A DNA stretch of 64,000 nucleotides, taken from assembly GCA_025558095.1 (NCBI GenBank), contig JAIVFI010000002.1:1178001-1242000 (forward strand), written 5' to 3'. The position numbers and the translations under genes are program-made. Shown piece by piece: positions 33,296 to 43,588 of the stretch (positions within the stretch are counted from its first letter, which is position 1; the number at the start of each line of letters is the position of its first letter). The notes beneath the pieces are model-generated. The model saw only the letters and a list, made by a program, of their open reading frames with translations. It had not been told where the DNA came from and made no database searches. The stretch comes from Hyaloraphidium curvatum SAG 235-1. Taxonomy: Eukaryota; Fungi; Monoblepharomycota.

Positions 33296-34195
33296 GCTGC
33301 TGGTCGCGGCGCGGGGCAGGTGCAGGGGACGACGTTCTACCGTCTACGGTCGGGTGTACAACGCGTTTCTCTGTGAGCGGCGGCGCGGTGCGTACCAGAC
33401 GGGAGGGCAACGACCGGGCAGGCAGTGATGAGAAGCGGCGCGCTGGTGCGGCCCCGCCCTTTTGATCCACGCCGCATGGCTGAGCGTCGGGCACTTCCGA
33501 GACCGGCCGACCTTGCGGCGTCGGGCCTTTTCGGGACCTTGCGGAACGCATCCATGCGAATCCGAATCCGCGCGCGCGGCAAGAATGCGTAGGCCAGCGA
33601 TCGCCGGCCCTGCCTGCGGTGCCCGCTCCGCGCGGCCGTGGCGCATGCAAGCCGTCCCTCCCGCCCATTCACACCGCGCCCTGACGGCCTCGGAAGAGCA
33701 CCTCGCCCTCACCCTGCATTCATCCCGATCCGACGCTCCTCATTCCCCTGGCGCCCCGCGGCGGGTCCCATCCGTCGGGCAAGCGGCCCGCCCGCCGGGC
33801 CTGGAACCAGGGACGCCGCGGCCGCCGCCCGCCTCCCCGACGCCTGGCCCGGCGGCGACCGGGCGGGCGGGAGGGCGGTGATAATCGGTCGGAGTGGCGG
33901 GGCTCGATGGGGACGGGGCGGTACTGGCGGGCGGGCGGGCGAATGGCGTGGGCGTGGGGTGCAGTCAAGAACGGGATCGTGTTTGCCTCCGGGTTCAGAG
34001 TGGGCCTGGCCGCGTATACGACGGCGGTCCGACGCCCCGGTATCCAATGCACCGCGATGGATGCGCCATACGCACCGCTGCCGCTCCCCCCCCCTCGCCG
34101 TCGCTCCTTGCCGGCTTCCAGCTCCACACGTCCTCGCGCTGCACACCAACGGCCCCGCATGCGACGTCCCCGATCGCAATTGCCCCGACCGGGGC

Positions 34196-35302
34196 TCACG
34201 ACGGGCCCCACCGCGGCGGGGGCGGCCATCCCTGCCCGCCCAGCTGGTACGCCGCCGGATCCGTGGAAAAGGCCGGCCTCGCCTGGGCCCCCGGCGAGCC
34301 CTGCCCCTGCCCCTGCCCCGCCGCGTACGGGTACGGATAGGGTGCCGGGTACCGCGTCGGCGGCGGCCAGCTCGCATGCGGGCCCTCCGTTGCCGAGCCC
34401 GGGTGCGCGTAGGGAGCGGGGGTGGCGCCGGGGTAGGATGCGTGCCGCGCGTACGAAGGGTGCGGCGGAGGGAAGCCACCCATCGGGGGGAAGGATGCGC
34501 CGGGCATCTGGGGGGCAGGGTAGGGGATGCCGGCGAGGATGGAAGAGGGCGGGGGGAGGGCGGGGCGGGGGGGTTGGTAGGGAGGGGCGTTCCAGCGGTG
34601 CGGCTGTTGCGGCGTGCGGTAGTCCGTTGTTGCGGGGATCCAGGGCGAGTCGGGGGGTGGCGGGAAGGCGGGGAATGCCTGCGGCGGGTAGGGTTGCGGG
34701 GGCTGTTGGGGATGGACGGGGTGCAGGGCGGGGAAGATGGGGAGCTGGGGCGGGGGCAGCGGCGAGGCGGCGGCGGGATGCAGCGCAGCCTCGCCCACTG
34801 CGGGCGACCCCTCCGCGGCCTCCGACGTGCCCTGCGACCCGGGATCCGACCCGCGGGCCCGCGACGCCCTCGGCGACCTCGCGCCTGCGCCTGCCCTCCT
34901 CGCCTGCGCGTGCTTGTGCGCCCACGGCCCGCGCGGGCCCCGCTTCCGCGGCGCGAGGAACTCGCAGGGGAATCCCAGCCGCAGGCACCGCGCGCACGGC
35001 TGCGGCGGGCCGGGCGTCTGGCAGCGCTTCCTGAGGGCGGGGGTGAGTGCGCGGGTTGCCACCTGCCGCCGCCGCGCCCACCTGGCCGCCGTGCACGCCT
35101 CGCACGAGTTCCGCAGCGCCGGCTTGCTGTCGTCGGCGGCCGCCTTCGCGGAGGGCGAGGCGGGGCCAGCCGGGGACGCCGGGGGCGCCGGTGGGCTTCC
35201 CTGCCCGCCCCCAGGCGTCGGCCGCTCCTCCCCCCTCTCCCTGCCCTCCACGGCGGGCGGCCCCCCGTCGCCCGACTCTCCGCGGTCTGTTTTCGCCGCC
35301 AT
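34196..35302 (-). CDS. Zn(II)2Cys6 transcription factor with Pro/Tyr-rich activation-like region (3' end uncertain)
   Basis: Removing the 51-nt intron 35031-35081 gives CEAC-TAARKR-C-QTPGPPQP-CARC-LRLGFP-C (canonical spacing), followed by PRKRGP. Confidence 0.8.
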   Translation of the reverse strand: MAAKTDRGESGDGGPPAVEGRERGEERPTPGGGQGSPPAPPASPAGPASPSAKAAADDSKPALRNSCEACTAARWARRRQVATRALTPALRKRCQTPGPPQPCARCLRLGFPCEFLAPRKRGPRGPWAHKHAQARRAGAGARSPRASRARGSDPGSQGTSEAAEGSPAVGEAALHPAAASPLPPPQLPIFPALHPVHPQQPPQPYPPQAFPAFPPPPDSPWIPATTDYRTPQQPHRWNAPPYQPPRPALPPPSSILAGIPYPAPQMPGASFPPMGGFPPPHPSYARHASYPGATPAPYAHPGSATEGPHASWPPPTRYPAPYPYPYAAGQGQGQGSPGAQARPAFSTDPAAYQLGGQGWPPPPRWGPS

Positions 35303-35636
35303 CGCTCCGGCGGGCTCCGCTGGCGGCCGTGGGCGGGGCTCCGAGGGAGCGTCCCAAGTGGTTCTGGATTGGGGGCCCGGATTCATTCGCGGGTGCGTCC
35401 TTGCCCCCGCCGCCCCGACCGACCGGAGGGGATCGAACAAAACGCCCCGCTCACATTGTCGGGAAACTGCACCGCACACCGCACCGTCGCAACTGTCCGC
35501 CCGAGGCGGCTTTACTCCGCCCGCCCGCCTTTTCGCGCCCAGCCCCGCTCCCCCGCCCGACGGCTCCGATTGCCGCCTTGCCGCCGCCTGCCGCATCCCA
35601 GCCAGGCGGCCGAGCGGCCGCCGCCAGCCGCCCCGC

Positions 35637-37215
35637 TCAAATCGACAGGTCCTCGAGGTTGTAGTCGTGCATGTCTGCCCTCGCCGCGTCGTCCCACCGG
35701 TACCGCTCCCCGTTTTCGGCGTGCGGCGCGTACACGTACGCCTCCTCGTCGGGGTACTTCTGCCTCCGCGCGTCGATCGCGTAGCCGATCACCCGCGACC
35801 GCCGGCGGATCCTCTCCGCGTCGTACTTGGCCGGCGCGTTGTGCACGCCGCCCGCGTAGACGTCGAGCACAGAGGACCGCCGGTGGAACCCGTAGTTGAG
35901 CGTCACCCGCCACTCGGTGCTGGTGTTTGCGAACGACCCTATTCGGGGGGGGGGCGGGAACCGCGTCAGCCCTCCGTGGGGAATTCCGCACGCTCCCCCC
36001 GGGAAACCGAGGGGCGGGCGGCCGAGGGAGCTCACCGTGCACGGCCTGCCGGTTGGTCACCGCCACCCCCCCCGGCCCGCAGACGATCGGCACGGCGTCG
36101 GGCAGCCGCTCGGTGCCGGCGCGGTCGATCCAGGCCTTGATGTCGACCTTGCCGAGCTTGTGCGAGCCGGGGACGACCCAGACCGCGTTGGCTGTTCCGA
36201 AAAGGGGGGACGGCGCGGGAACGGCGAAAGCGCGGGCGGCGCGGGAAGGCGGGATCAGCCGGGCCCGCGGCAGCGCAGGACAACGGGCATGGAAACCCAC
36301 AGGCGTTGCAGCCGTACAGCTGCGCCATGCAGTTGAACCCGTGCGTGTCCTGGTCCCACCCCGGCGCGCCCCAGTGCGTCACGCCGTCCTGGTGCCACGC
36401 CGTCGACGCGCCCTTGCCCGGTTCCTTTTCCGGGCGGGGCGGGGTCAGCCTCCTCCGCCGGGAGCGGACGGGCGCAAGCCGGCTCGGAGGGGACGCACCT
36501 TGATCCACAGCGCCTCGTTGAACGGCGCAAAGTCCTTCCCGTTCACCGCCTCCACGAACTTCAGGATGCCCGGGTGCGCGTACGCGCGCAGCTGCGCCTC
36601 GAAGAACTGCAGGCTGCCCAGGACCAGCACGCACACCTCCTCGTCGCCCTGGCCCGACGGCGGCTCGTACATCTTGACCGGGTACCGCCCGTTGGCCGCC
36701 TGCGTGCCGCCGTTGGGGTCCGACAGCGGCTTGGCCCAGAAGGTCGTCGGCGCGGTGCAGCCCACGCCGATGGCCTTGCGGCCCCGCGAGTCGACCTCGG
36801 CGCCCTTCTTCACCGGGAGCCGCGACAGGAAGTCCTTGAACCCGGCCTCGATGTCCTCCAGCTCGGCCTTGGAGAGCACGTCCTCGAAGACGTAGAACCC
36901 GCACCGCGAATAGGCCTCGAGGATGTCCGGGTGGATGTCGCCGGAGGGGGTGAACCGGAGCGGGCCGCGGTTGCCCAGCGCCATGGCGCGCGCGGTGCCG
37001 TCTGCCCGCCGCCCCGCCGACCCGCAAGCAACGACCGGCGCGGCGGAAGCGGGCCCGTCAGCCGTCCCGCGCCGCGCCCCGGCCCGGGAAAGGCACCCAC
37101 CGGCGACGTACTTGCGCATCTCCGCCTCCTCCCGCCCGTACCCCGCCCCCAGCGTCTCCGGGAGCGCGGGGGGGTGCAGGTGCGACGCGAGCTGCGCGAG
37201 GCGGGGCGCGGACAT
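35637..37215 (-). CDS. Phytanoyl-CoA dioxygenase (PhyH)-family protein with N-terminal PTS2, spliced
   Basis: GFYVFEDVLS, WHQDG (HxD), VWVVPGSHK, HGSFANTS...RVTL. N-terminus MSAPRLAQLASHL matches RLx5HL. Confidence 0.88.
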
Positions 37216-37676
37216 CCTTGCGTGGGGGGGGTGTTTGGGCGGTTGGGGGTGGTGTGGGAGACGGGTGGCGAAGGGGCGCCGTGCGGAGGCCACCGGGGCT
37301 GTGGAGGCGCGCGGGCTGCACCTTCCGATCCGGGGTCGGGGCGCGGATCCGGGGAACTTCGCGGTGGTGGGCGGCTGCCGGTGGTTCCGGGGTCACGCGG
37401 GGGCCGGCACGGAGGCGTCGGCGGAGGTCGGCGGCGGCCCGCGGGGAACCGCGCACCCGAGACCTTCCGCCCGCGCTGCTGTGGAAAGGAACGTCGTTCC
37501 GGCCGTCTTTTGGGGCCCCTTTGTCGGTGCTCCGTTGCTCGTTCGCCGGGGATCAGGGCAGGGCTCGTTCACCGATGAACTACTGGCTTTTACAAATCTT
37601 GCTCATCTCTATTGTAGTGAGCGGGCTTCTGGTTATGGCAAGTCGTTCTCGATTGTTTCTGAACTTGCTCTTTGCC

Positions 37677-38591
37677 TTACATCCTTGCGCTCTGGATGCT
37701 GCGGTCCGTCCCACTCCCGGACCCGAACCCGCCGATCCCGATCCGCGACCCCCGCAGGCGCCCGCCGACCACCATCTCCCTCAGCTCGGCATCCTCGACC
37801 TCGTTCCGATCCGCCTCCCGCCTTGCCCGCGCCGCATCCCTCGCCTTCCACCCCCTCGGCGCCCTGCCCATCTTCACCCTCCAGAACTCCTCCGACTGCG
37901 CGCGGTAGTGGTTCAGCCGCACCCCCTCGGGGCAGCCCGCCGGAACGCCGCGGCGGAGGAGGTGCCGGTGCACGCCGAACCGCGCCAGATGGGGGAGGCG
38001 GGCGGCGGATTTGTCCCCCGCGTGCTCGCGCGCGGCGCGGCGGACGAAGGATTCGCGCACCGAGGCGGGCTGCGAGGGAAGGCCGGAGGAGCCGAACATC
38101 CGCCACTTGCACGACACCTGCCCGACGGAGGGGTCGGCGAACGCGCGGCGCAGTTCGGAGGCGAGGGGGAGGGGGGTGGAGGAGTACATGAACTCGTCGA
38201 GGTCCACGACGAGGACGAGGTCGGCGCCGCGGGAGGCCAGCAGGGGGCGGGCCGAATCGTAGTGCCGCGGCTGCATGCCGCGGCCTTCTGCCGGCAAAAC
38301 GACGAGGTCCGCGCTGCGGTTCATTTTCGCCGCCGCCATTCGGGCCGTTTCCGGGGTGCCGTCCGTCGAGCCGTTGTCGAGCAGCACGACGAGGTCGGCC
38401 CCCTCGGCAAAATAGTGGGCGAGCCACTCGGCGACGATGTGCGACTCGTTCAGCGCGACGGCGAGCACGGCGAGGCTGCCCGGCGCGGGCACGTCGGAAA
38501 AGTCGTCGGGCGGGCGGCGGCCGGCCGTGAGCGAGAACAGGAGCGCGGCGGCGGCGAGGGACGCGAGCAGCGCGCGCCACCGCCGGCGCAT
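37677..38591 (-). CDS. Type II membrane GT-A glycosyltransferase (GT2_4/GT92-like), intronless
   Basis: N-terminal anchor. NESHIVAEWLAHY, LDNGSTDGT, VDLDEF (DxD), LNHY. Confidence 0.8.
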   Translation of the reverse strand: MRRRWRALLASLAAAALLFSLTAGRRPPDDFSDVPAPGSLAVLAVALNESHIVAEWLAHYFAEGADLVVLLDNGSTDGTPETARMAAAKMNRSADLVVLPAEGRGMQPRHYDSARPLLASRGADLVLVVDLDEFMYSSTPLPLASELRRAFADPSVGQVSCKWRMFGSSGLPSQPASVRESFVRRAAREHAGDKSAARLPHLARFGVHRHLLRRGVPAGCPEGVRLNHYRAQSEEFWRVKMGRAPRGWKARDAARARREADRNEVEDAELREMVVGGRLRGSRIGIGGFGSGSGTDRSIQSARM

Positions 38592-38738
38592 TTATCCATC
38601 GCGTCGAATGACGCGTTCTTCCGGCTCCGCTGATCCGTGGGCGGGCCTAGGAGGCGTTGGAGAGGGGTCTCGCGAGCGATAGACAAGTGTCGCGCGCCCC
38701 CCTGCTCCGGCGCACGTCCTCCCAACGCATGGTCGCCG

Positions 38739-39884
38739 ATGCGCCTCCGCCGCAATGTCCTGCCCGTTGCAATTTCTCTGCTCGCCGCGGCGGCCGCGCT
38801 GACGTGGCTCTCGCGCCCGCCCCACGCGCCGCCCGCGCCGCTGCGCTTCGCCGCCCTCAGCGCGGACCGGCCGTCGCGGCCGCCCCTCCGGCCCGATCCG
38901 GCGTGCCCGCGCGTGCTCGTGCTTTCCTCGGCACCGGCAGGACTCGGCCACCGCGTTACGGCGCTGGCCATCGGCGCGGCGATGGCGGGATCGGCAAACG
39001 CCGCACTGGCCGTGCCGCGGGACTACTGGTCGAAAGTCAGCCGCGAGCACCGTCGCGGGTTTGCCGGGGCCGGGGAGGTGCTCGGGCTGGACGCGTTCGC
39101 GGCCCCGGAGGACATGAACGTTGCCCGCCTGCGGACCGTTGCAAATGGGCTGCCATGCCAAGCAGTGCTGGACGAGATCGAAAGACACTGCAACGTCTCC
39201 GCCATCCTACCGGCAGGCAACATCGGCGGCTGCCTCTCCGCAACCGGCAGGCGGACATCGTGCTTCGCCGTCTCCCCCGGCGCCCTGCGCGCAGCCAAAC
39301 CCCTCCTCTCTGCACTCTTTGCCCGCGCCCGGCCCTCCGAACCCCGGACATGCCGCACCGCGCGCGCGCTGACGGTCGCCTGGCACGTCCGCAACGGCGA
39401 CCAGCGCATCGCCCTGCCGCCCGCCTTCTTCCTCTCCCTCCAACGCGCCATCCTCTCCGCCGCGCGGCCGCTCGGCCTGGCCGCCGCGCACCTCGTGTTC
39501 TCCGCCCGCCCCCTTTCTACCGACCCCTCGCTATCCTACATCCCCCCGCTCTTTCCCAACGGCACCGGCTACCAGAAGGGGGGCGACCCCGTCACCAGCC
39601 TCGCCTCCCTCGCGCGCGCGGACGTGCTCGTGGGGACCGGCTCATCCTTCGCCGCCGCCGCCGCGATGCTGGCACCCGCGGGGAGCGTGTGGATCCACGC
39701 GGCACCGAAGGAGGCGAGGATCGCGGGTGCGGGGGGGTGGGAGGGGACCTACGCGCTGGATGGGATCGAAGTGGACGATGGGGGGGGGTTGGGCGGAGCG
39801 GGGCAGGGAAGGTTGGCGGATGCGCTGGCTGGGCTGTGCGGTGCTGGGAGACAGGAGGCCGGTTCGGGCACGCAAGGGCGGTAG
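38739..39884 (+). CDS. Type II membrane fucosyltransferase-like (GT11/GT23-like) protein, intronless
   Basis: N-terminal anchor. GLGHR, VAWHVRNGD (HxRxGD GDP-fucose motif), ADVLVGTGSSF. Confidence 0.7.
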   Translation: MRLRRNVLPVAISLLAAAAALTWLSRPPHAPPAPLRFAALSADRPSRPPLRPDPACPRVLVLSSAPAGLGHRVTALAIGAAMAGSANAALAVPRDYWSKVSREHRRGFAGAGEVLGLDAFAAPEDMNVARLRTVANGLPCQAVLDEIERHCNVSAILPAGNIGGCLSATGRRTSCFAVSPGALRAAKPLLSALFARARPSEPRTCRTARALTVAWHVRNGDQRIALPPAFFLSLQRAILSAARPLGLAAAHLVFSARPLSTDPSLSYIPPLFPNGTGYQKGGDPVTSLASLARADVLVGTGSSFAAAAAMLAPAGSVWIHAAPKEARIAGAGGWEGTYALDGIEVDDGGGLGGAGQGRLADALAGLCGAGRQEAGSGTQGR

Positions 39885-40012
39885 AAGCGCGCCCTGGCAG
39901 GCCGCGCCGGAGAAGCAAATGTCCGGAGCCGAACCTCGTGGATCTCCGCGCCGCCATCGGCGAGGCCATCGAAGGCAACTCGGATTCACTACTCGCGGAT
40001 TTTCGGGCCGGG

Positions 40013-40090
40013 CTCGTCTTCCGATTCCGGGTCGGATCGGGGGCCAAGGTCAACGGGACGACCAACGCGGCGGGGACGGCGTCGGCCAGC
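40013..40090 (+). pseudogene. 78-bp relic of the Ig-like domain of the EGF/Ig gene family
   Basis: LVFRFRVGSGAKVNGTTNAAGTASAS closely matches LVIQFQ(V/L)GSG(A/S)KVNGTTNAAGTASA in both full paralogs. Confidence 0.85.
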
Positions 40091-40689
40091 CGCTCGCCGC
40101 CCGCGCAGACGAGATCCGCAGCGAGGTGTGGGATCCGTTCCGCGCGCGGTTCGCCAGCCTCAACGGCAGCAACACGGACCTGCACTACGCAGAGACCGAC
40201 ACCGCGCTGGACTGGCTCCTCGGCAGGGCAAACGAGCGCGACCCGGGCTGCGGCCACGTGATCGTCACCAACGGGGACAACCTTCTACGCGACCGACTTT
40301 GCCGCCCTCCTCCTCCCCTTCCTCGCCGCGCCGACGTCCTGGCGTTCGACTTTGTCTCGCACTACGACCAGCAGCACTGGACCCCCGCGCAGGACGGCGT
40401 GGTCGGCGTGGGGCCGTACCGCCCGATGGCGTCGCGCCTCCTGTTCGGCGCCGTCGACCTGGGCGCCACCGCCTTCCGCGCCTCGTTCCTGCGCGCGCAG
40501 CGCGTGCACCGCAACGGCTCCGGCGCGCCGCTGAGGTACGCAAACAACTACTGCGCGCGGTTCGAGGAAACCCGGCGGGACAAGGTGGAGCCGCGGCTGG
40601 CGGACGGGTACATGGCGCAGGAGCTGGCGGAGAGGGCGGGGGAGGGCAGGAAGGCCGTGGTGCGGAGGACGCTCATGTTCCACCAGTAG
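40091..40689 (+). pseudogene. 5'-truncated GT-A glycosyltransferase-like fragment
   Basis: VIVTNGDNL, DVLAFDF, VDLGA, ADG, LMFHQ*. No start codon or anchor; abuts the Ig relic; apparent compensated frameshift at about 40285-40330. Confidence 0.55.
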
Positions 40690-40969
40690 GAGAGTGGTAC
40701 GGGTCGGTTCCTCGCGCTCAATGCTGTCACTGAGATTGCCCCCGCCGCGTTCGTGCGAGACTCCATCTCGTGCGGTGGGGCGCGTCGGAGGTTGGACTGC
40801 GACGCGCAGGCGGCAGCCATCTTGCCAACAAGACCATAGGAATCACTGCAATCCGGACGTCCGAAGAATGCCTTTAGATCAATTTTCGTCGGGGACCCGT
40901 GGCTCGCAGGATTCCCCGACAAGGGATGCCAAGATGACACCAACGTCCCCGGCTTAGCCACACAACAGA

Positions 40970-43588
40970 ATGATTCACGAGCACAGAACACCCCGCTGCG
41001 GCCGCAACGGCCGCACGAATCCAATCTCATTGTGGACGGCGCTCGCGGCGGCGCTGCTCGCGGGCGCCGCCGCGGCGCCGGAACCGCACGGCGCGCCGGA
41101 GGGCAGGGGCGGCCCTGTCTGCCGCCCGCTGTTCTACCGCAACTTCACGGAGCCCGCCACGGGCGCCCCGGCCTGCAGAATCTCGGAAAACAGCTCGCCG
41201 TGTTCTCCCCCGTACATGGGCCTGACGTGCGGCCGCGAGTCGTGGTACTGCCCCGAGGATTGCGGCGACCCGGCGAGGAGGAAGCCGACGACGTGCGACA
41301 ACCCCGGCGGCAGCCCGGCGTGCCGCATCGCAACGAACGGCCTGACGACTTCCTCGTGGACCGCCAACATGACGGTGGGCGAGGAAGGCGGGGCGTGCTA
41401 CTTCGTGGCCGCGGCCGGGCTCTACAAGGGCCCGCCCTACTCGCGGAGCGTCGACTTTGGCCTGTTCTGCAACTCGACCGCCCCTTGCCGCTGGGACCTT
41501 TTGGCAGCCCTGAGGAAGGGGAGCTCGAAAGCGGGGCCGTCGGCGTGGGTAATCCAAGCGGGCCACATCCTTGTGGACCCGAAGGACCGCTCCGCCGACG
41601 TCGGCGGACAGGAGGCCTGCAGGGCCGCCATGTCGTGCCCGCCCCTGGGCGCCCTCCTGTCTTCGGGGCCGGAGGTTGATTACGGCGGCACCCAGTTCGT
41701 CTGCATCCCCAACGACGACGCCTTCAGGGAGGGGCTGCTGGTCCGGCGCGACGGCCTCGGCCGGGCAGCGTGCCTCACCGACGGCTCCGGATCCTGCATG
41801 ACGCTCCCCGGATCATGCTGCGGCGTCCTGGGGCGGTTGACCGCCGCCCGGAACGGCCTCTCGTCGACCACGTGGCCGGCAATCGCCTGCCCGCCGGGCG
41901 AGCCCTGGTGCGCCCGCGCGCTCGCCGCCACGGCCGGCATGCGGGGACCGGACCTCGCGATGGGGTACAACTGCACGTTCCGCCCCGTCGGTGGGATGAA
42001 CTACACGCAGGACGCGCCCGATCCCGGGGCCGGCCCGTGGACGGTGGTGCGGCGGACGCCGGGGTCGTACGATCCGGAGACGCCCGGCCCGACCTACGGG
42101 TACCGCATCCTCCGCCGGACGGGCAACGGCTCCATCGCCTGCATGGGGTACAAGCTGCGCGGGCTGTTCGAATGGCAGGGGACGTGCCTGCTCGAGTACC
42201 TCAACAGCCCCGAGGTCACGGACGCCGGGTGCGCCGTCAACCTCGCGCGCACGGCCCCGGCGGACGTCTACTGGAAGGTCATGGACCGGCGGTGGGACCG
42301 CGCATACACCGACCCGGACATCCTCTGGCGACTGGGCATGGACCCCGCGCGGCCCCTCCCCGGAAGCGCTCCGCCCGATCCGCCGCGCCCGCCGGCCCGG
42401 GGGGCGTGGACGTGCGTGCAGCTCTGCGGCGAGAGCGGGGACCGCATCCTCGCCAGGTACCACGGCACCGGCGGCGGCGTGCAGTGCAAGGGCCCGGATG
42501 CGGGGCGCTGCTCATTCTACCGAGACTCGGCGTGCACGTTGCGGGCGCCGGGGGAGCCGGAGCCGCATCCCTCGGGCGAAGTCGGATACGTGTGCAGCTT
42601 GGACGACCAGGAAGCCGGATGGTGCGCCCGTGCAGCGGCGGCGGTGGTACCGTGGGGAACCGGGGTCGCGGACTGTGCCCCTCAAGAGATTCGGGCACCG
42701 TGCAACGGGACGTGCTCGCCGTCGGGCTCATGCGTACGCTACGGCGGCTCCTCCTTCTGCCTGTGCAACGACGGCTTCTTCGGCGACGGCGTGACGTGCA
42801 GGGCAGACCCGTGCGCGAACAACAACGGAGGTTGCTCGCCGCAGGCAACCTGCGCTCCTTCCGCGGGCGGGCCCGTCTGCACCTGCTGGGAAGGCTACCT
42901 GGGCGACGGCAGCACCTGCCTCCCCGACCCGTGCTTCCACAACGGCGGGTGCGACAGCCGCGCTCGCTGCACCCGCACCGGCCCCTCCTCCCGAACCTGC
43001 ACTTGCACGACGGGCTTCGTCGGCAACGGTACCTACTGCGAGGATGCGTGCCTCAGCTACCCCTGCGCGGCCAATGCCGCATGCTTCTACAGCACCTACA
43101 CCAACGGCCCCAGGTGCCAGTGCCTGGGCGGCTACACGGGCGACGGACGCGTGCGGTGCAAATCAAAGTGCCTGACCCGGAACGGCGGATGCTCCGCCAA
43201 CGCCACGTGCTCCGTCGTCCCGGGAGGGGGCAACGTGGCGTGCGCGTGCAAGCCCGCGTTCTACGGCAACGGATTTACGTGCAGGGCCAAAGGAGTGGTG
43301 AGGCTGTCGGTCTCGGGGCCGGCGAGCGCCCGCCGCGGGAGGAGGGTGGCGATCTCCGCGAAGGCGCTGAACGCGGCTGGCAGGCCGGTGGCCAAGCTCG
43401 TCATCCAATTCCAGCTCGGATCGGGGTCCAAGGTCAACGGGACGACCAACGCGGCAGGAACCGCGTCGGCCAGCTATTTGGTGCCCGCGAAGGCGGCCCT
43501 GGGCAAGGCGACGGTCGTCGCGCGCTTCCTGGGCACCACCACGCTGCTGGCAACCTCTGCGAGGAGGACGTTGACCGTAGTCAGGTGA
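40970..43588 (+). CDS. Secreted Cys-rich EGF-repeat/Ig-like protein (copy 2), intronless
   Basis: 872-aa ORF, colinear with and highly similar to 27165-29747 over its whole length. Confidence 0.85.
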   Translation: MIHEHRTPRCGRNGRTNPISLWTALAAALLAGAAAAPEPHGAPEGRGGPVCRPLFYRNFTEPATGAPACRISENSSPCSPPYMGLTCGRESWYCPEDCGDPARRKPTTCDNPGGSPACRIATNGLTTSSWTANMTVGEEGGACYFVAAAGLYKGPPYSRSVDFGLFCNSTAPCRWDLLAALRKGSSKAGPSAWVIQAGHILVDPKDRSADVGGQEACRAAMSCPPLGALLSSGPEVDYGGTQFVCIPNDDAFREGLLVRRDGLGRAACLTDGSGSCMTLPGSCCGVLGRLTAARNGLSSTTWPAIACPPGEPWCARALAATAGMRGPDLAMGYNCTFRPVGGMNYTQDAPDPGAGPWTVVRRTPGSYDPETPGPTYGYRILRRTGNGSIACMGYKLRGLFEWQGTCLLEYLNSPEVTDAGCAVNLARTAPADVYWKVMDRRWDRAYTDPDILWRLGMDPARPLPGSAPPDPPRPPARGAWTCVQLCGESGDRILARYHGTGGGVQCKGPDAGRCSFYRDSACTLRAPGEPEPHPSGEVGYVCSLDDQEAGWCARAAAAVVPWGTGVADCAPQEIRAPCNGTCSPSGSCVRYGGSSFCLCNDGFFGDGVTCRADPCANNNGGCSPQATCAPSAGGPVCTCWEGYLGDGSTCLPDPCFHNGGCDSRARCTRTGPSSRTCTCTTGFVGNGTYCEDACLSYPCAANAACFYSTYTNGPRCQCLGGYTGDGRVRCKSKCLTRNGGCSANATCSVVPGGGNVACACKPAFYGNGFTCRAKGVVRLSVSGPASARRGRRVAISAKALNAAGRPVAKLVIQFQLGSGSKVNGTTNAAGTASASYLVPAKAALGKATVVARFLGTTTLLATSARRTLTVVR

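Noticed and set aside
27165-43588. Inverted EGF/Ig genes as terminal inverted repeats of a large transposon or endogenous virus
   Set aside because: The copies are diverged coding paralogs, and no transposase, integrase, polymerase or capsid gene lies between them.
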